Source: an uncultured Candidatus Saccharibacteria bacterium (GTDB lineage Bacteria > Patescibacteriota > WWE3 > UBA101185 > UBA10185). Taken from it: 64,000 nt of DNA. Shown here piece by piece: positions 18,529 through 28,447 of this stretch. The stretch is from NCBI GenBank assembly GCA_964643995.1, contig CAZXUJ010000003.1, positions 349 through 64,348 on the forward strand. The letters are read 5' to 3'. Positions within the stretch are counted from its first letter, which is position 1. Every line of letters begins with the position of its first letter. A program made the position numbers and the translations under genes. The notes beneath the pieces are model-generated. The model had not been told where the DNA came from. It did not search any database and was given only the letters and a program-made list of their open reading frames with translations.

Positions 18529-21500
18529 ATGCCTAGCTCTAAAAAAAAGATATTTAAAGATAGACTTTTGGCCCTCTCACCTTACATTGGACTCTATTTT
18601 TTGGTGTTTGCAATATTTGCTTCTAATTATAAGTCTGACACCTTTCTCATAGGCTGGGATAGTCTGCAGAATGAGTTAAATGCCTGGGTTAATGTTAAAC
18701 GCGCGGTTTTTTCAGTTTGGCAGGAGTACCAGAGTTTTGGTCTGGTAAGCGGTATGGCCCATGCTACGGACTTTCTACGAGCAATGTTCATTTGGATCTT
18801 AAGTTTCTTTCTAGACGCAGAGCTTATACGCTATTTTTACCACCATTTGATGTTGTTAGTTGGGGGTATTGGAATGTTTACGTTTTTAAAAAAGGCATTT
18901 AGTGTATCAGGCCCCAAACTTTTTATGCCTTTTGTTGGAGCCTGTTTTTACATTGTGAATTTAGGTACTGTGCAGATCTTTGCACTCCCTTTTGAGCCTT
19001 TTTCAACTTTCTTTGCTTTCTTACCTTGGGAGATATATGTGTTATTTACTTTTGTTACAAGTGAAAATTCTATACTTAGCAAACATTTGTTTTGGTTGAT
19101 ACTGATCAATATGCTCGCAACTCCTCAGGCATATCTTCAAACACTCTTTGTAGTCTATTTTGTATTCGTTATGTTCTTTTCTTTGGGATTATTGTTATCA
19201 AGCCCTGATAAACGTAAAGTTTTTAAGCGCTTGATTATCTCTGCAGTAGCAATTGGAGTTGTAAATTTGTTTTGGATTTTACCTCAAGTCTACTTTATCA
19301 AAACCAACCTATCCGTTGTTAAGGAATCGAAGATTAATCAACTAGCGACTGAAATAGTTTTTAATCAAAATCTAGAAAAAGGTAACGTAGTTGACTTCAT
19401 CAGGTTAGAAGGCTTTTATTACGATTTATTTGATGTTTATCGCCAGCAGATATTTTCTCAGTGGCACATACATTTTGATAATCCGGTGTTTAATGTCCTA
19501 CCCTACATGGTTTTTGCGACTGCACTTCTAGGTCTTTTTCGTCGTAGCAAACTCCACATATCTTTTTTCATGTGTTTATTTGTAGTCGCAGCTGTTCTAT
19601 TACCCGATACATTTGGATTTTCCTTCCTAAACAAGATTCTTCGAGAAAACTCATTCCTCGGACAAATATTTCGTTCCTCCTTTACAAAATTTATCGTTCC
19701 ATACGTTTTTATTTACGCTTACTTCTTTGCTGCTGGTTTCGATAAATTACATAACCTTCTTCTGAAGGTTAATGTTCTGGCAATTAAGGACCTTATGAGA
19801 TTGGTTACAAACTACTACCTCTTGGGTTTGGCCTATCTTCTTTTGCTTGTATTGTACAGTTTCCCATCTTTTAACGGTGCTTATTTTGCATCTCAAATGC
19901 GTGTAAAGCTTCCTGCTGAATATGGTGAAATTATGACTTACTTTAATTCTACTGATCCAAACAAACGTGTTGCCTTGTTGCCGGAATACACTTTTTGGGG
20001 TTGGTTCAAATATTTTTGGGGGTATGAAGGCTCCGGCTTTTTATGGTACGGCATCGAACAGCCCATTGTTTCTCGTACCTTTGATGTATGGAGCTTTAAC
20101 AGTGAAAGCTATTTTTGGGAGATGAAAGATGCCATAGAACGAATAGATGTGTTGGCTTTCGAAAATACCCTTGAAAAGTACAATATAGACTACTTGTTAC
20201 TTGATGACACTGCTTTCGCAGTATCTTCAACACAAGAAAGCCTACAAAGGGATCAATTGGAAGAGATACAACAGACTTCAAACAAACTCGGTGTCATAAG
20301 TCAATCTAGAACAATAGGCCTTTACTCCGTAGATCACACCGATCAGTCTCGCAATTTTAGTACTTTATCTAGGAATCTCCCAAACATTGGTCCGGACGTT
20401 ACTGTTACAAATAGAGATAATGTTTATCGAGATATAGGGGTCTACAAAACATACAAAAAACTTGCCCCTGACTACTACTACCCTTTTCTAGACTTAATGA
20501 CACAGACAAGGCTTAATAGCAAGAAGTGGGAAATAATTGAAGAGCCTGATGTCTTTGTGTTTAAAGCAGATCTATCTGACCTAGATTTGTCGGAATATGA
20601 GTTTCCTCAAAGTGACATGTCTTTGGATGCAACCGTATTTATTGATGAGGAGTTTGTCCAACTAACTCAAGATGTTGATATAAAGCTATTAGGTAAATCT
20701 ATTGTTGTTCGTGTAAAGAAGGTACTAGTTACAGACTTTGATCTCTCGATAGCTAAACTGGTTCAGTGTTCCAAATTTGGGGGAGATCTGTTTGCCGATT
20801 TCAATGAAACTGGTGCCTTGGCGGTTACAACGACAGCGCGTGGTGTCGGTTGTTTTGGGTATGAGGACCAATTGCTTGCTCATTGGAACGGTTACTTGAT
20901 AAATGTTGAACCTTACAACGAATACGGCAGAGAGCTGTTCTTTTATGTAGTTGGAAATAAAAATCGTAAACAGTCGAAGGTTGAAGAATATTTGCACGAT
21001 GGTGACAACTATTTTGTGTTGCCCACAGGTAATTACTATGACGATGGTTATGCTTTTTCCTTTCAGAACCAGTCTTACACCTATACCGACAGTAAAAACG
21101 TCTTGCGCGATTTGCAGGTGTATTTGATGCCCTACGAATACATAAAGGACATTAAACTAGTACGAAAGGGTCTATCTGGACCTTCTGCAATGGCTCAGAA
21201 TGACTTTTTCCAGTCTGCAAAGGTGAATAAGCTCAACTACTATACCTATGCAGTTGAGGGTATTACTGCCCCACACAACAATTTCTTGTTATATCAGTCC
21301 TTTGATGAGGGTTGGCGAGGTTATATTCATAAAAACCCGAGCAGCTGGCAGTACATATTCCCGTTTCTAGGTGAAAACGTAACAGACCATTTTATTGTTA
21401 ATAACTGGGCAAATGGCTGGGAAGTGCGAGATTTAGCAGACGGCGAAGTTTTGATAATTACCTTTTGGCCACAATGGTTGCAGTACATCGGATTTGGTGT

Positions 21501-21579
21501 CTTCTGGGTATCTGCTGTTGTAGCAACCTTGTTTGGCATACTTTTAAACCTTAAGCACCGCACAATCATTAACCCATAG
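18529..21579 (+). CDS. Large GT-C membrane protein (AftD/YfhO-like)
   Basis: LIGWDS, FRSSFTKF, RVALLP..FWGW, QSFDEGW, VNNWANGW, C-terminal TM. Confidence 0.72.
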   Translation: MPSSKKKIFKDRLLALSPYIGLYFLVFAIFASNYKSDTFLIGWDSLQNELNAWVNVKRAVFSVWQEYQSFGLVSGMAHATDFLRAMFIWILSFFLDAELIRYFYHHLMLLVGGIGMFTFLKKAFSVSGPKLFMPFVGACFYIVNLGTVQIFALPFEPFSTFFAFLPWEIYVLFTFVTSENSILSKHLFWLILINMLATPQAYLQTLFVVYFVFVMFFSLGLLLSSPDKRKVFKRLIISAVAIGVVNLFWILPQVYFIKTNLSVVKESKINQLATEIVFNQNLEKGNVVDFIRLEGFYYDLFDVYRQQIFSQWHIHFDNPVFNVLPYMVFATALLGLFRRSKLHISFFMCLFVVAAVLLPDTFGFSFLNKILRENSFLGQIFRSSFTKFIVPYVFIYAYFFAAGFDKLHNLLLKVNVLAIKDLMRLVTNYYLLGLAYLLLLVLYSFPSFNGAYFASQMRVKLPAEYGEIMTYFNSTDPNKRVALLPEYTFWGWFKYFWGYEGSGFLWYGIEQPIVSRTFDVWSFNSESYFWEMKDAIERIDVLAFENTLEKYNIDYLLLDDTAFAVSSTQESLQRDQLEEIQQTSNKLGVISQSRTIGLYSVDHTDQSRNFSTLSRNLPNIGPDVTVTNRDNVYRDIGVYKTYKKLAPDYYYPFLDLMTQTRLNSKKWEIIEEPDVFVFKADLSDLDLSEYEFPQSDMSLDATVFIDEEFVQLTQDVDIKLLGKSIVVRVKKVLVTDFDLSIAKLVQCSKFGGDLFADFNETGALAVTTTARGVGCFGYEDQLLAHWNGYLINVEPYNEYGRELFFYVVGNKNRKQSKVEEYLHDGDNYFVLPTGNYYDDGYAFSFQNQSYTYTDSKNVLRDLQVYLMPYEYIKDIKLVRKGLSGPSAMAQNDFFQSAKVNKLNYYTYAVEGITAPHNNFLLYQSFDEGWRGYIHKNPSSWQYIFPFLGENVTDHFIVNNWANGWEVRDLADGEVLIITFWPQWLQYIGFGVFWVSAVVATLFGILLNLKHRTIINP

Positions 21580-21581
21580 CC

Positions 21582-21610
21582 TTGCCTAATATGGCATTTG
21601 GGCTTATAAT
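21582..21610 (+). promoter_or_regulatory. Promoter embedded in the upstream terminator-like hairpin
   Basis: TTGCCT-N17-TATAAT, inside a GCCTA...TAGGC inverted repeat followed by a T-run. Confidence 0.55.
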
Positions 21611-21715
21611 TAAGGCCATAAGTGCTATAGGCGCTTTTTTTACAATCCCTGTTTGTTTGCAAGATTTCATGCGGCTTGCCGTAAATCAAAGGAATCTTGC
21701 AAAGGAGAGAGAACA

Positions 21716-22675
21716 TTGAAAACTAAACTGTTTGCTTTGCTCCTGACCGCCATTTTGGCGGTCTCTGTACTCGGGCTGGTTGGGACCTCACAAGGTACCG
21801 CCCATGCCCAAACAGCTGGCAACGGCTGCGTTGAATTTCCGTTGTCACAGCAAGAGGCTGCCGATTCATTTGGTGGCGAGGCCTCTCGTTGGACCAAGCT
21901 TGCCAATTCTCCGTCCACCGGGTACGCCTGGCGGCAAGAGAACCTGGCTGAGCCGATCACCGTAACAGTTCCTGGACCAGGTCTGAATGGCAACAACTGG
22001 CGTTATGATAGCGACCAGGGGACGTTCTACGGCCCTGCAATGGTTACCAATACGGTAGTTGGCACCTTATGGCAAGACGGGTTCCCCGTAATTTGCCGTG
22101 AGGTAGCTGTTGAAGGCCCCGCGGAGCTGGACCCCGAAGAAGTTGGTTTTTACACAGCAGTTTTTTCCCCGACCGCCCCAACCGCTTCCGTTACCTACAC
22201 CTGGTCTACTGTTGGTGGGACTTCAACCATCACCCCTACTGGCGCAAATGCCGAGATCTCGTGGGTTACCCCGGGATCATATCAAGTGGATGTGGAAGTT
22301 CATTACAACAACATCACACTCATTGATTCGCAGGCGGTTACCGTCACAGGTATTCCGCCTATGACCCATGTGCTGTATCTGCCGGTGTTGGTGAAGTCTT
22401 TGCCCCCTGCCCCGCCTTACGTTCCTGCGTTGTCCCAAGCCTTGTGCAACACCTACGACCCTGTTGTTTTGTTTGGTGTCGCCCAGTGGGAACGCATTGA
22501 CGTTCCAACAAATCCCAACGATGGTTGTGGCTGGCGCCTCGCTGATTTTGAACAGGCTCATAACCTGACCATCCAACCCGGCTCCCGAGCCGATCATTCA
22601 GGAGGCCCCACAAATGGCCCCAACCAGCTTCTGAATTGGTCCGGCGCTCTGTCAATATGGGTTACAAACCCCTAA
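21716..22675 (+). CDS. GC-rich secreted protein with PKD-like domain and YLPVLVK motif (TTG start)
   Basis: SD AAAGGAGAG before TTG at 21716; signal peptide ending AHA-Q; PKD-like VTYTWST..ISWVTPGSYQVDV; LYLPVLVK. Confidence 0.8.
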   Translation: MKTKLFALLLTAILAVSVLGLVGTSQGTAHAQTAGNGCVEFPLSQQEAADSFGGEASRWTKLANSPSTGYAWRQENLAEPITVTVPGPGLNGNNWRYDSDQGTFYGPAMVTNTVVGTLWQDGFPVICREVAVEGPAELDPEEVGFYTAVFSPTAPTASVTYTWSTVGGTSTITPTGANAEISWVTPGSYQVDVEVHYNNITLIDSQAVTVTGIPPMTHVLYLPVLVKSLPPAPPYVPALSQALCNTYDPVVLFGVAQWERIDVPTNPNDGCGWRLADFEQAHNLTIQPGSRADHSGGPTNGPNQLLNWSGALSIWVTNP

Positions 22676-22719
22676 CCTCACGAATTCTGTGACGTTCAGG
22701 AAGTAACCCCTTATCGCGT

Positions 22720-22793
22720 CCCTGGATTAGAAAACAAACTTTAGCGATGAATCTTTCGCAATCGTCTGTTTCTCTACTCCGGGGTGTTTTTTT
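22720..22793 (+). terminator. Long hairpin terminator
   Basis: CCCTGGA.TAGAAAACAAAC ... GTCTGTTTCTCTA.TCCGGGG followed by T7. Confidence 0.65.
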
Positions 22794-22887
22794 GCCCATT
22801 TTTCAAAACCCTGTATTTACCCATTCTATTAACCAATTACAAACCCCCCTCTGTTTTATAGGCCAAAAGACCTCAAGCCCTATAGTG

Positions 22888-22916
22888 TTGACAAAAGCGA
22901 TACTATAAGGTAAAAT
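22888..22916 (+). promoter_or_regulatory. sigma70 promoter with ~150-nt structured 5' UTR
   Basis: TTGACA-N17-TAAAAT; downstream GTAAGTTAGAG..GTAC/GTAC..CTTAACTTAC hairpin. Confidence 0.7.
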
Positions 22917-23076
22917 TAAACTTATGAAAAGCGCTACATGTGCTTTTCTTGTTGTTACTAGGCTTGCAAAAGCCTTTAGCGACCGTTTTTATTTCTGCCT
23001 ATATTTACAGTAAGTTAGAGAGAGTACACGCAACCCAGCAATGGGTACTTCTTAACTTACCCTGCCAAAGGTATAT

Positions 23077-23700
23077 ATGAATATGTTAAAAATAACTCTA
23101 AAAGGTTTAGTTGTTTCTGTATCTGTGTTCGCTGTAGCTATGATGGTAAACACTAACCAAGCTTATGCTGGTTGTGAGCCTAACTACGGTGGCGGAGATA
23201 CTTGTATCTATAACAAGTCCTTTGAGATTAAGAAACAAGTAAGAATCGAAGGTGAAAACAAATGGAAAGATAAGGTAACTGACGTTGAAGAAGATGAAAC
23301 CGTAGAGTTTTTAATCGAAGTTAAAAACGTTGGTGAAGTTGGAGTAGACAACATGAACTACAAAGACTTTTTACCTGATGAAATGGAAAGAACCGGAGGA
23401 GAAGGTCTTACAGAAGACTGGGACGGTTTTGATCCTGGTGAAACTGTAAAGTTCATTATTGAAGCTAAGGTAAAATCTGGCGAATATGATGATGAAGACT
23501 TTGAGAAATGTGTCGTTAATAAGGTAGAACTTTATTACGGCGACAAGTTCGAAGGTGCTGACACCGCTACCGTTTGTTACGGTAACGAAGAAATCACTGA
23601 ATTGCCTGAAACCGGTCCTGCATCTAATGTTGGACTAGCTCTATCAGGATTAGGCTTAATCGCCTTAGGAACATTAGTTAAAAGGAAAGCTTTAGCTTAA
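23077..23700 (+). CDS. Sortase substrate: DUF11-like Ig domain with LPETG anchor
   Basis: Signal peptide (AYA-G), VEFLIEVKNVG..DFLP, LPETG plus hydrophobic helix and KRK tail. Confidence 0.88.
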   Translation: MNMLKITLKGLVVSVSVFAVAMMVNTNQAYAGCEPNYGGGDTCIYNKSFEIKKQVRIEGENKWKDKVTDVEEDETVEFLIEVKNVGEVGVDNMNYKDFLPDEMERTGGEGLTEDWDGFDPGETVKFIIEAKVKSGEYDDEDFEKCVVNKVELYYGDKFEGADTATVCYGNEEITELPETGPASNVGLALSGLGLIALGTLVKRKALA

Positions 23701-23725
23701 TCGCTAAGTGATCCGCACTAAGCTT

Positions 23726-23796
23726 AGGCTTAGTGTAGAATAGTTGGGTTCGGGCAGACCTTACGCGACTATTCTACACTAAGCCTCATCTTTTTT
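23726..23796 (+). terminator. 21-bp-stem hairpin with U-tract between substrate and sortase genes
   Basis: AGGCTTAGTGTAGAATAGTTG pairs with CGACTATTCTACACTAAGCCT; T-run at 23791-23796. Confidence 0.75.
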
Positions 23797-23807
23797 AGGT
23801 TACTACT

Positions 23808-24467
23808 ATGCAAGAAGTGTTATCCCAAACAAAAAACATATACATTTTATTTTCATTGCTGACTTTGGCGGTGTCTTTTGCATCTGGATATGCAGTTTTC
23901 AGTTTGTTTGGAACTTCCTTTAGTCCTAATAGACATGGTGAGACGCTGGCAGCTGAAAGTGTAATTGTTGAGCGTCCATCTGTTTTTGAAATGGATATAA
24001 AGCCTATATATGAGGACCCGGTAAAGCTAAAAATAGATTCTGCGAAGATAAATCTAGAGATTATAAGAGTTGGCGTGGAAGAGTCTGGTCAGCTGGAAAA
24101 CCCAAAGGATTGGAATGTTGGTGGTTGGTTTTCAAAAAGTGCAAAGGCAGGGGAACCTGGAAACCTAATTATAAATGCACACTATGATAATAATTATGGT
24201 CAGCCTGCGGCTTTTTGGCAGTTGAAAAGTGTTAACGTAAATGATAAAGTTCTTCTAGTTGACTCCTTAGGTAGAACATATACCTATGTTGTTACCGAAT
24301 CTTTCTATATAGAAATCGATGATCCCGACCGTTTACGTATTTTTGATAGTTCAAAAGATGTTGCGGAGGTAACATTGATTACTTGTGGGGGAGTTTGGGA
24401 CTACGGTGCTGGTACTTACAACAAGCGTTTGGTAGTCAAAGGACGTCTGGAGGAACAAAAACTTTAG
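23808..24467 (+). CDS. Class F sortase
   Basis: N-terminal TM, GEPGNLIINAH, TLITCGG, KRLVV catalytic H/C/R. Confidence 0.9.
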   Translation: MQEVLSQTKNIYILFSLLTLAVSFASGYAVFSLFGTSFSPNRHGETLAAESVIVERPSVFEMDIKPIYEDPVKLKIDSAKINLEIIRVGVEESGQLENPKDWNVGGWFSKSAKAGEPGNLIINAHYDNNYGQPAAFWQLKSVNVNDKVLLVDSLGRTYTYVVTESFYIEIDDPDRLRIFDSSKDVAEVTLITCGGVWDYGAGTYNKRLVVKGRLEEQKL

Positions 24468-24485
24468 ATCAACTTTTGCAAGTTA

Positions 24486-24562
24486 TCTGGCGTTAGTTGT
24501 TTGGGTAGGGGAGGTGATTCGGGGCAGTGGTCATCTCTCCTATCCAGCCAATTGACGTTAGA
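24486..24562 (+). promoter_or_regulatory. G-U-rich long hairpin upstream of rho
   Basis: TCTGGCGTTAGTTG/CAATTGACGTTAGA and TGGGTAGGGGAGGTGATT/GGTCATCTCTCCTATCCA pair only if G-U pairs are allowed. Confidence 0.65.
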
Positions 24563-24608
24563 CTAGCGTGCTTAATCAGCAAATTGTATAAATTTTTAAA
24601 TAGAAAAA

Positions 24609-25814
24609 ATGCCAAGAATAACAAAAGACGAAAATAATGATATGAGTTTAAATAATTCGAATGGTGCCGCTAATAGCGCTGCCAATGGCAAGTACTATAC
24701 TGGTCAAACAATAGCTGTCTCCGGAACACTCGAAGTGTTTCCAGACTATGGTGTTATTCGACAGGAAGAGGCACCTAATGATGATTTACCAAAAGATGTT
24801 TACATTAGCCAATCCCAGATCAAACGTTTTTCGTTAAGAATGGGCGACGTTATCAAGGGCTATGCACGCGCTCCTAAAGAAGGCGAACGTTATCTTTCTT
24901 TGTTACAAGTTGAGATTGTAGATGGTATGGAACCTGATGTTGCAAGAAAAAGACCTTTTTTCAATAAGTTAACTCCAATATTCCCTAATGAATGGATGAA
25001 GCTTGAAACTACTCCTGACGTTTTATCGACTAGATTAATAGATTTGATAGCTCCAATAGGCCGTGGGCAACGTGCTATGTTGGTAGCTCCTCCAAAATCA
25101 GGTAAAACTTGGTTAATGAAGGATATAGCCCATGGTATAGCCACAAACCACCCTGACGTAAAAATTTTTGTTGCTCTTATCGGCGAACGTCCCGAAGAGG
25201 TCACCGATATGCAGAGAAGCGTCCAAGGTGAGGTTTATGCAAGTAACTTTGATGAACATCCAGAGCAACAGACCAGAATAGCTGAAATTTGTTTAGAAAA
25301 AGCTAAAAGAATGGCTGAAAAAGGCGCTGACGTTGTAATACTAATGGACTCGTTAACACGTTTAGGTAGAGCTTACAACATGGTAGTCCCACCTTCCGGA
25401 AGAACTTTAACCGGTGGTTTTGACCCTTCAGCTTTATATCCGGCAAAGAGTTTCTTTGGTGCAGCAAGAAATTTTGAAGAAGATGGAAGCTTGACCATGA
25501 TCGCAACAGCTTTGATTGATACCGGATCTAGAATGGACGACGTAATCTTTGAAGAATTCAAAGGTACAGGTAACATGGAGCTTAGACTCGACAGATCGTT
25601 ATACGAACGCAGAATTTTCCCTACTATAGATATCAAGGGCAGTGGTACCAGAAATGAAGATAAATTATATGACCCTAAAACCCTCGAAGCAGTACACAAG
25701 TTACGAAGAATGATAGATTTGCTAAACGACAATGAAACTACAGAGCTCGTTATCCAACAGCTTAAGAAGACTTCATCTAATGAGGAGTTTCTAAAAACAC
25801 TGCATAAAGGCTAA
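24609..25814 (+). CDS. rho: Transcription termination factor Rho
   Basis: DVYISQSQIKRFSLR, PIGRGQR, APPKSGKT, ERPEEVTD, DSLTRLGRAYN, FEEFKGTGNME. Confidence 0.97.
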   Translation: MPRITKDENNDMSLNNSNGAANSAANGKYYTGQTIAVSGTLEVFPDYGVIRQEEAPNDDLPKDVYISQSQIKRFSLRMGDVIKGYARAPKEGERYLSLLQVEIVDGMEPDVARKRPFFNKLTPIFPNEWMKLETTPDVLSTRLIDLIAPIGRGQRAMLVAPPKSGKTWLMKDIAHGIATNHPDVKIFVALIGERPEEVTDMQRSVQGEVYASNFDEHPEQQTRIAEICLEKAKRMAEKGADVVILMDSLTRLGRAYNMVVPPSGRTLTGGFDPSALYPAKSFFGAARNFEEDGSLTMIATALIDTGSRMDDVIFEEFKGTGNMELRLDRSLYERRIFPTIDIKGSGTRNEDKLYDPKTLEAVHKLRRMIDLLNDNETTELVIQQLKKTSSNEEFLKTLHKG

Positions 25815-25843
25815 AATTAGCTTAATTTGATATCATTATTCCA

Positions 25844-27148
25844 ATGATGAAAAACGCTGACAGAAAGGGTGTTCATAGGTTTGCCCATAAACTTAAACAA
25901 GGGTTTATAAAGTCGTTTAGAAAGCTACCTGTTGCCGAGATCGGTCATCGTGTTTCGACTATTTCCCTCATCAGTCCTAAGTCCCAGCGTTTCTCACAAC
26001 TAAGTTTTAGTGGTTTTCGTCCGCAGGGAAAAACACCATTTGAAAAAATTGCTAACATTCTGAGGGACTTTGGGGTTTTTCTTTGGAAGTATGTCTATAG
26101 AAAGGTTCTTCGCTTAATAAAATCTCTAAAGAGTATTTTTTTGTTATCCGTGGCAAAAACCCAAGATCTGAAGGCATGGATGGTCAAAAAGCTTATTTGG
26201 TCGCGTGGTAAGCTAGGGCGTCCTATTGCAACTGCAGTGGTCATGGGGGCTGCTTTTATAGTTTTTATGTTTGGCGAGGTGTTTAATAGTTCTAAGTATG
26301 TAAATACCCAGGAGATCAGTCCAGATTACCTTTCTACTGTCTCAGATATAATTCCACGTAAAAGTATAGCGTTAACCACTATTCCTGATAGTAGAAAGCA
26401 GAGTGAGCCATTTAATTATACCGTTGAGTCTGGTGATTCATTATCATCGGTGGGTAATAAATTTAAAATCTCTCTAGATGCTTTGAAATACGTAAATAAC
26501 CTGAATGATGGTTCTGTACTGCGGGTAGGTCAGGTGTTAGTTATACCTCCTATCTCGGGTTTAATACATAAAGTAGAGAGTGGTGATAGCTTGGCAGCAA
26601 TATCTAACAAGTATGAGGTCCCTGCTCAAGCGATTGCTGACTTTAACTATATCTTAGATACCTCCAGTTTGGCTGTAGGCACAGAATTAGTTATACCTGG
26701 TGCAAAAGTGCCTCAGCAAGTTGTAGTCGTTTCTACACCTACTATAACCTCTCCTGTTGCCAACGTAGATCCTAATGCAGGTGGTGGGTGGTGCATATGG
26801 CCGACTCCAGCCCAAATCATTACCCAATACTTTAGTTGGTATCATAATGGGCTAGATATAGCGGCGGCTGGTTGGCTGCCTCCAATTTATGCTTGTGGCA
26901 ATGGTACTGTTATCAGATCTGGTTGGGACCCTTTTGGCTTGGGATTACATGTACGAATTGATCATGGGAATGGTTATGAGACTGTCTATGGACATATGAG
27001 CAGTTTAGAGGTAAGTTATGGCCAGTCAGTATCTCAGGGTGATGTAATAGGTATAATGGGTAGTACAGGAAGATCTACTGGACCACACGTGCACTTTATA
27101 ATCAAGTATAACGGTGTTCCACAAAATCCGATGAGCTACATTCAGTGA
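25844..27148 (+). CDS. LysM-containing M23 peptidase
   Basis: TM helix, two LysM repeats (YTVESGDSL, HKVESGDSL), HNGLD, YGHMS, STGPHVHF. Confidence 0.92.
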   Translation: MMKNADRKGVHRFAHKLKQGFIKSFRKLPVAEIGHRVSTISLISPKSQRFSQLSFSGFRPQGKTPFEKIANILRDFGVFLWKYVYRKVLRLIKSLKSIFLLSVAKTQDLKAWMVKKLIWSRGKLGRPIATAVVMGAAFIVFMFGEVFNSSKYVNTQEISPDYLSTVSDIIPRKSIALTTIPDSRKQSEPFNYTVESGDSLSSVGNKFKISLDALKYVNNLNDGSVLRVGQVLVIPPISGLIHKVESGDSLAAISNKYEVPAQAIADFNYILDTSSLAVGTELVIPGAKVPQQVVVVSTPTITSPVANVDPNAGGGWCIWPTPAQIITQYFSWYHNGLDIAAAGWLPPIYACGNGTVIRSGWDPFGLGLHVRIDHGNGYETVYGHMSSLEVSYGQSVSQGDVIGIMGSTGRSTGPHVHFIIKYNGVPQNPMSYIQ

Positions 27149-27222
27149 TGAATGGGGCAGTGTACTCACTGCAAACATTCAGTGACGTGATGAGTACATC
27201 ACTACCTTTGGAGTACCAAATA

Positions 27223-28356
27223 ATGAAATTTTTAGTAGATAAAGCACAGATACATATAAAAGCTGGTAACGGTGGACCTGGATCAGGTTCGTTCAGGCGT
27301 GAAAAATATATACCTAAAGGTGGTCCTGATGGTGGTGACGGTGGTAACGGTGGCAGTGTATACCTAGTAGGTGATCACAATATGGCTACCTTAATGGACT
27401 TTAGGGGCAACCAGAACTATACGGCGGAACATGGCAAACCCGGTACGAAAAAGAAATGCTTTGGTAAATATGGTGAAGACCTAACAATAAAAGTTCCAAT
27501 AGGTACGCTAGTATTTGAACTCGTTGATGGCAAGGAAAAATTAATGGGAGATATTGTTGAGGACAACAAGCCCTTTTTAGTTGCGCGTGGTGGCCGTGGA
27601 GGTTTGGGCAATGTGCATTTCAAAAGTTCTGTAAATCAAGCCCCTACAAAATTTACCAAAGGTACTCGAGGTGAAGAAAAAGACATACTATTGGAGGTAA
27701 AGCTTGTAGCAGATGTAGGTTTAATAGGAATGCCAAATGCTGGTAAGAGTACCTTAATTAACCAGTTAACTGGTGCAAAAGTCAAAATTGAAAACTACCC
27801 TTTTACAACTTTAGTTCCAAATTTGGCCCGATATAGGCTTAAATCCGGACAAGAGATCATCATTGCTGACATACCTGGTCTAATTGAGGGTGCCTCTAAA
27901 GGTAAAGGCATTGGTGATGATTTTTTACGTCATATAGAGCGTACACGTGTGTTAGTACACTTAGTTGACCCGTTGTCCTTTGGTGCAGAGACAATTGAGG
28001 ACTATGAGGACCCAAATACACTTATTCAGAATGCTTTGAGAAATTATGAAGTGATTAGAAAAGAGCTAGATGCATATGGTGCTGAACTGGCAAAAAAGCC
28101 TGAGATAGTAGTTCTAAACAAAACTGATGTTACCGAGATTGCCAATGCGCTGTATGCCATCAAGCTTGCATTTAAAAAAATCAACGTAACTGTAACCGGA
28201 ATATCTGCATTTAGCGGGGCAGGCATTGAGTCGCTAGACGAACTATTGATAAAAGTTCTGTCCACTGCTCCAGAAAAACTGGTTTTTAGACCTACCGAAA
28301 AAGTTATAAAAAGATATTCTTTGAACAATTTACCTAATAGACGTGTTGTGCAATAA
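27223..28356 (+). CDS. obgE: GTPase ObgE/CgtA
   Basis: FRREKYIPKGGPDGGDGG, GMPNAGKST, YPFTT, DIPG, NKTD; ATG at 27223 (MKFLVDKA). Confidence 0.96.
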   Translation: MKFLVDKAQIHIKAGNGGPGSGSFRREKYIPKGGPDGGDGGNGGSVYLVGDHNMATLMDFRGNQNYTAEHGKPGTKKKCFGKYGEDLTIKVPIGTLVFELVDGKEKLMGDIVEDNKPFLVARGGRGGLGNVHFKSSVNQAPTKFTKGTRGEEKDILLEVKLVADVGLIGMPNAGKSTLINQLTGAKVKIENYPFTTLVPNLARYRLKSGQEIIIADIPGLIEGASKGKGIGDDFLRHIERTRVLVHLVDPLSFGAETIEDYEDPNTLIQNALRNYEVIRKELDAYGAELAKKPEIVVLNKTDVTEIANALYAIKLAFKKINVTVTGISAFSGAGIESLDELLIKVLSTAPEKLVFRPTEKVIKRYSLNNLPNRRVVQ

Positions 28357-28371
28357 TGCTAGTTACTGTAT

Positions 28372-28447
28372 GGGCCGTTAGCGCAGTTGGTAGCGCGCTT
28401 CCATGGCATGGAAGAGGTCAGCGGTTCGATCCCGCTACGGTCCACCA
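28372..28447 (+). tRNA. tRNA-Ala (GGC)
   Basis: GGGCCGT acceptor, CTTCC-ATGGCAT-GGAAG anticodon arm, GGTTCGATCCC, encoded CCA. Confidence 0.96.

Noticed and set aside
12419-22676. Integron cassette (attC) interpretation: AACCCCTAAC at the 3' end of both GC-rich genes (12419-12428, 22667-22676) and GCCTAACAA at ~6130
   Set aside because: No complementary GTTRRRY core closes the hairpins, there is no integrase in the window, and the genes have their own promoters; the 10-bp match may be chance.
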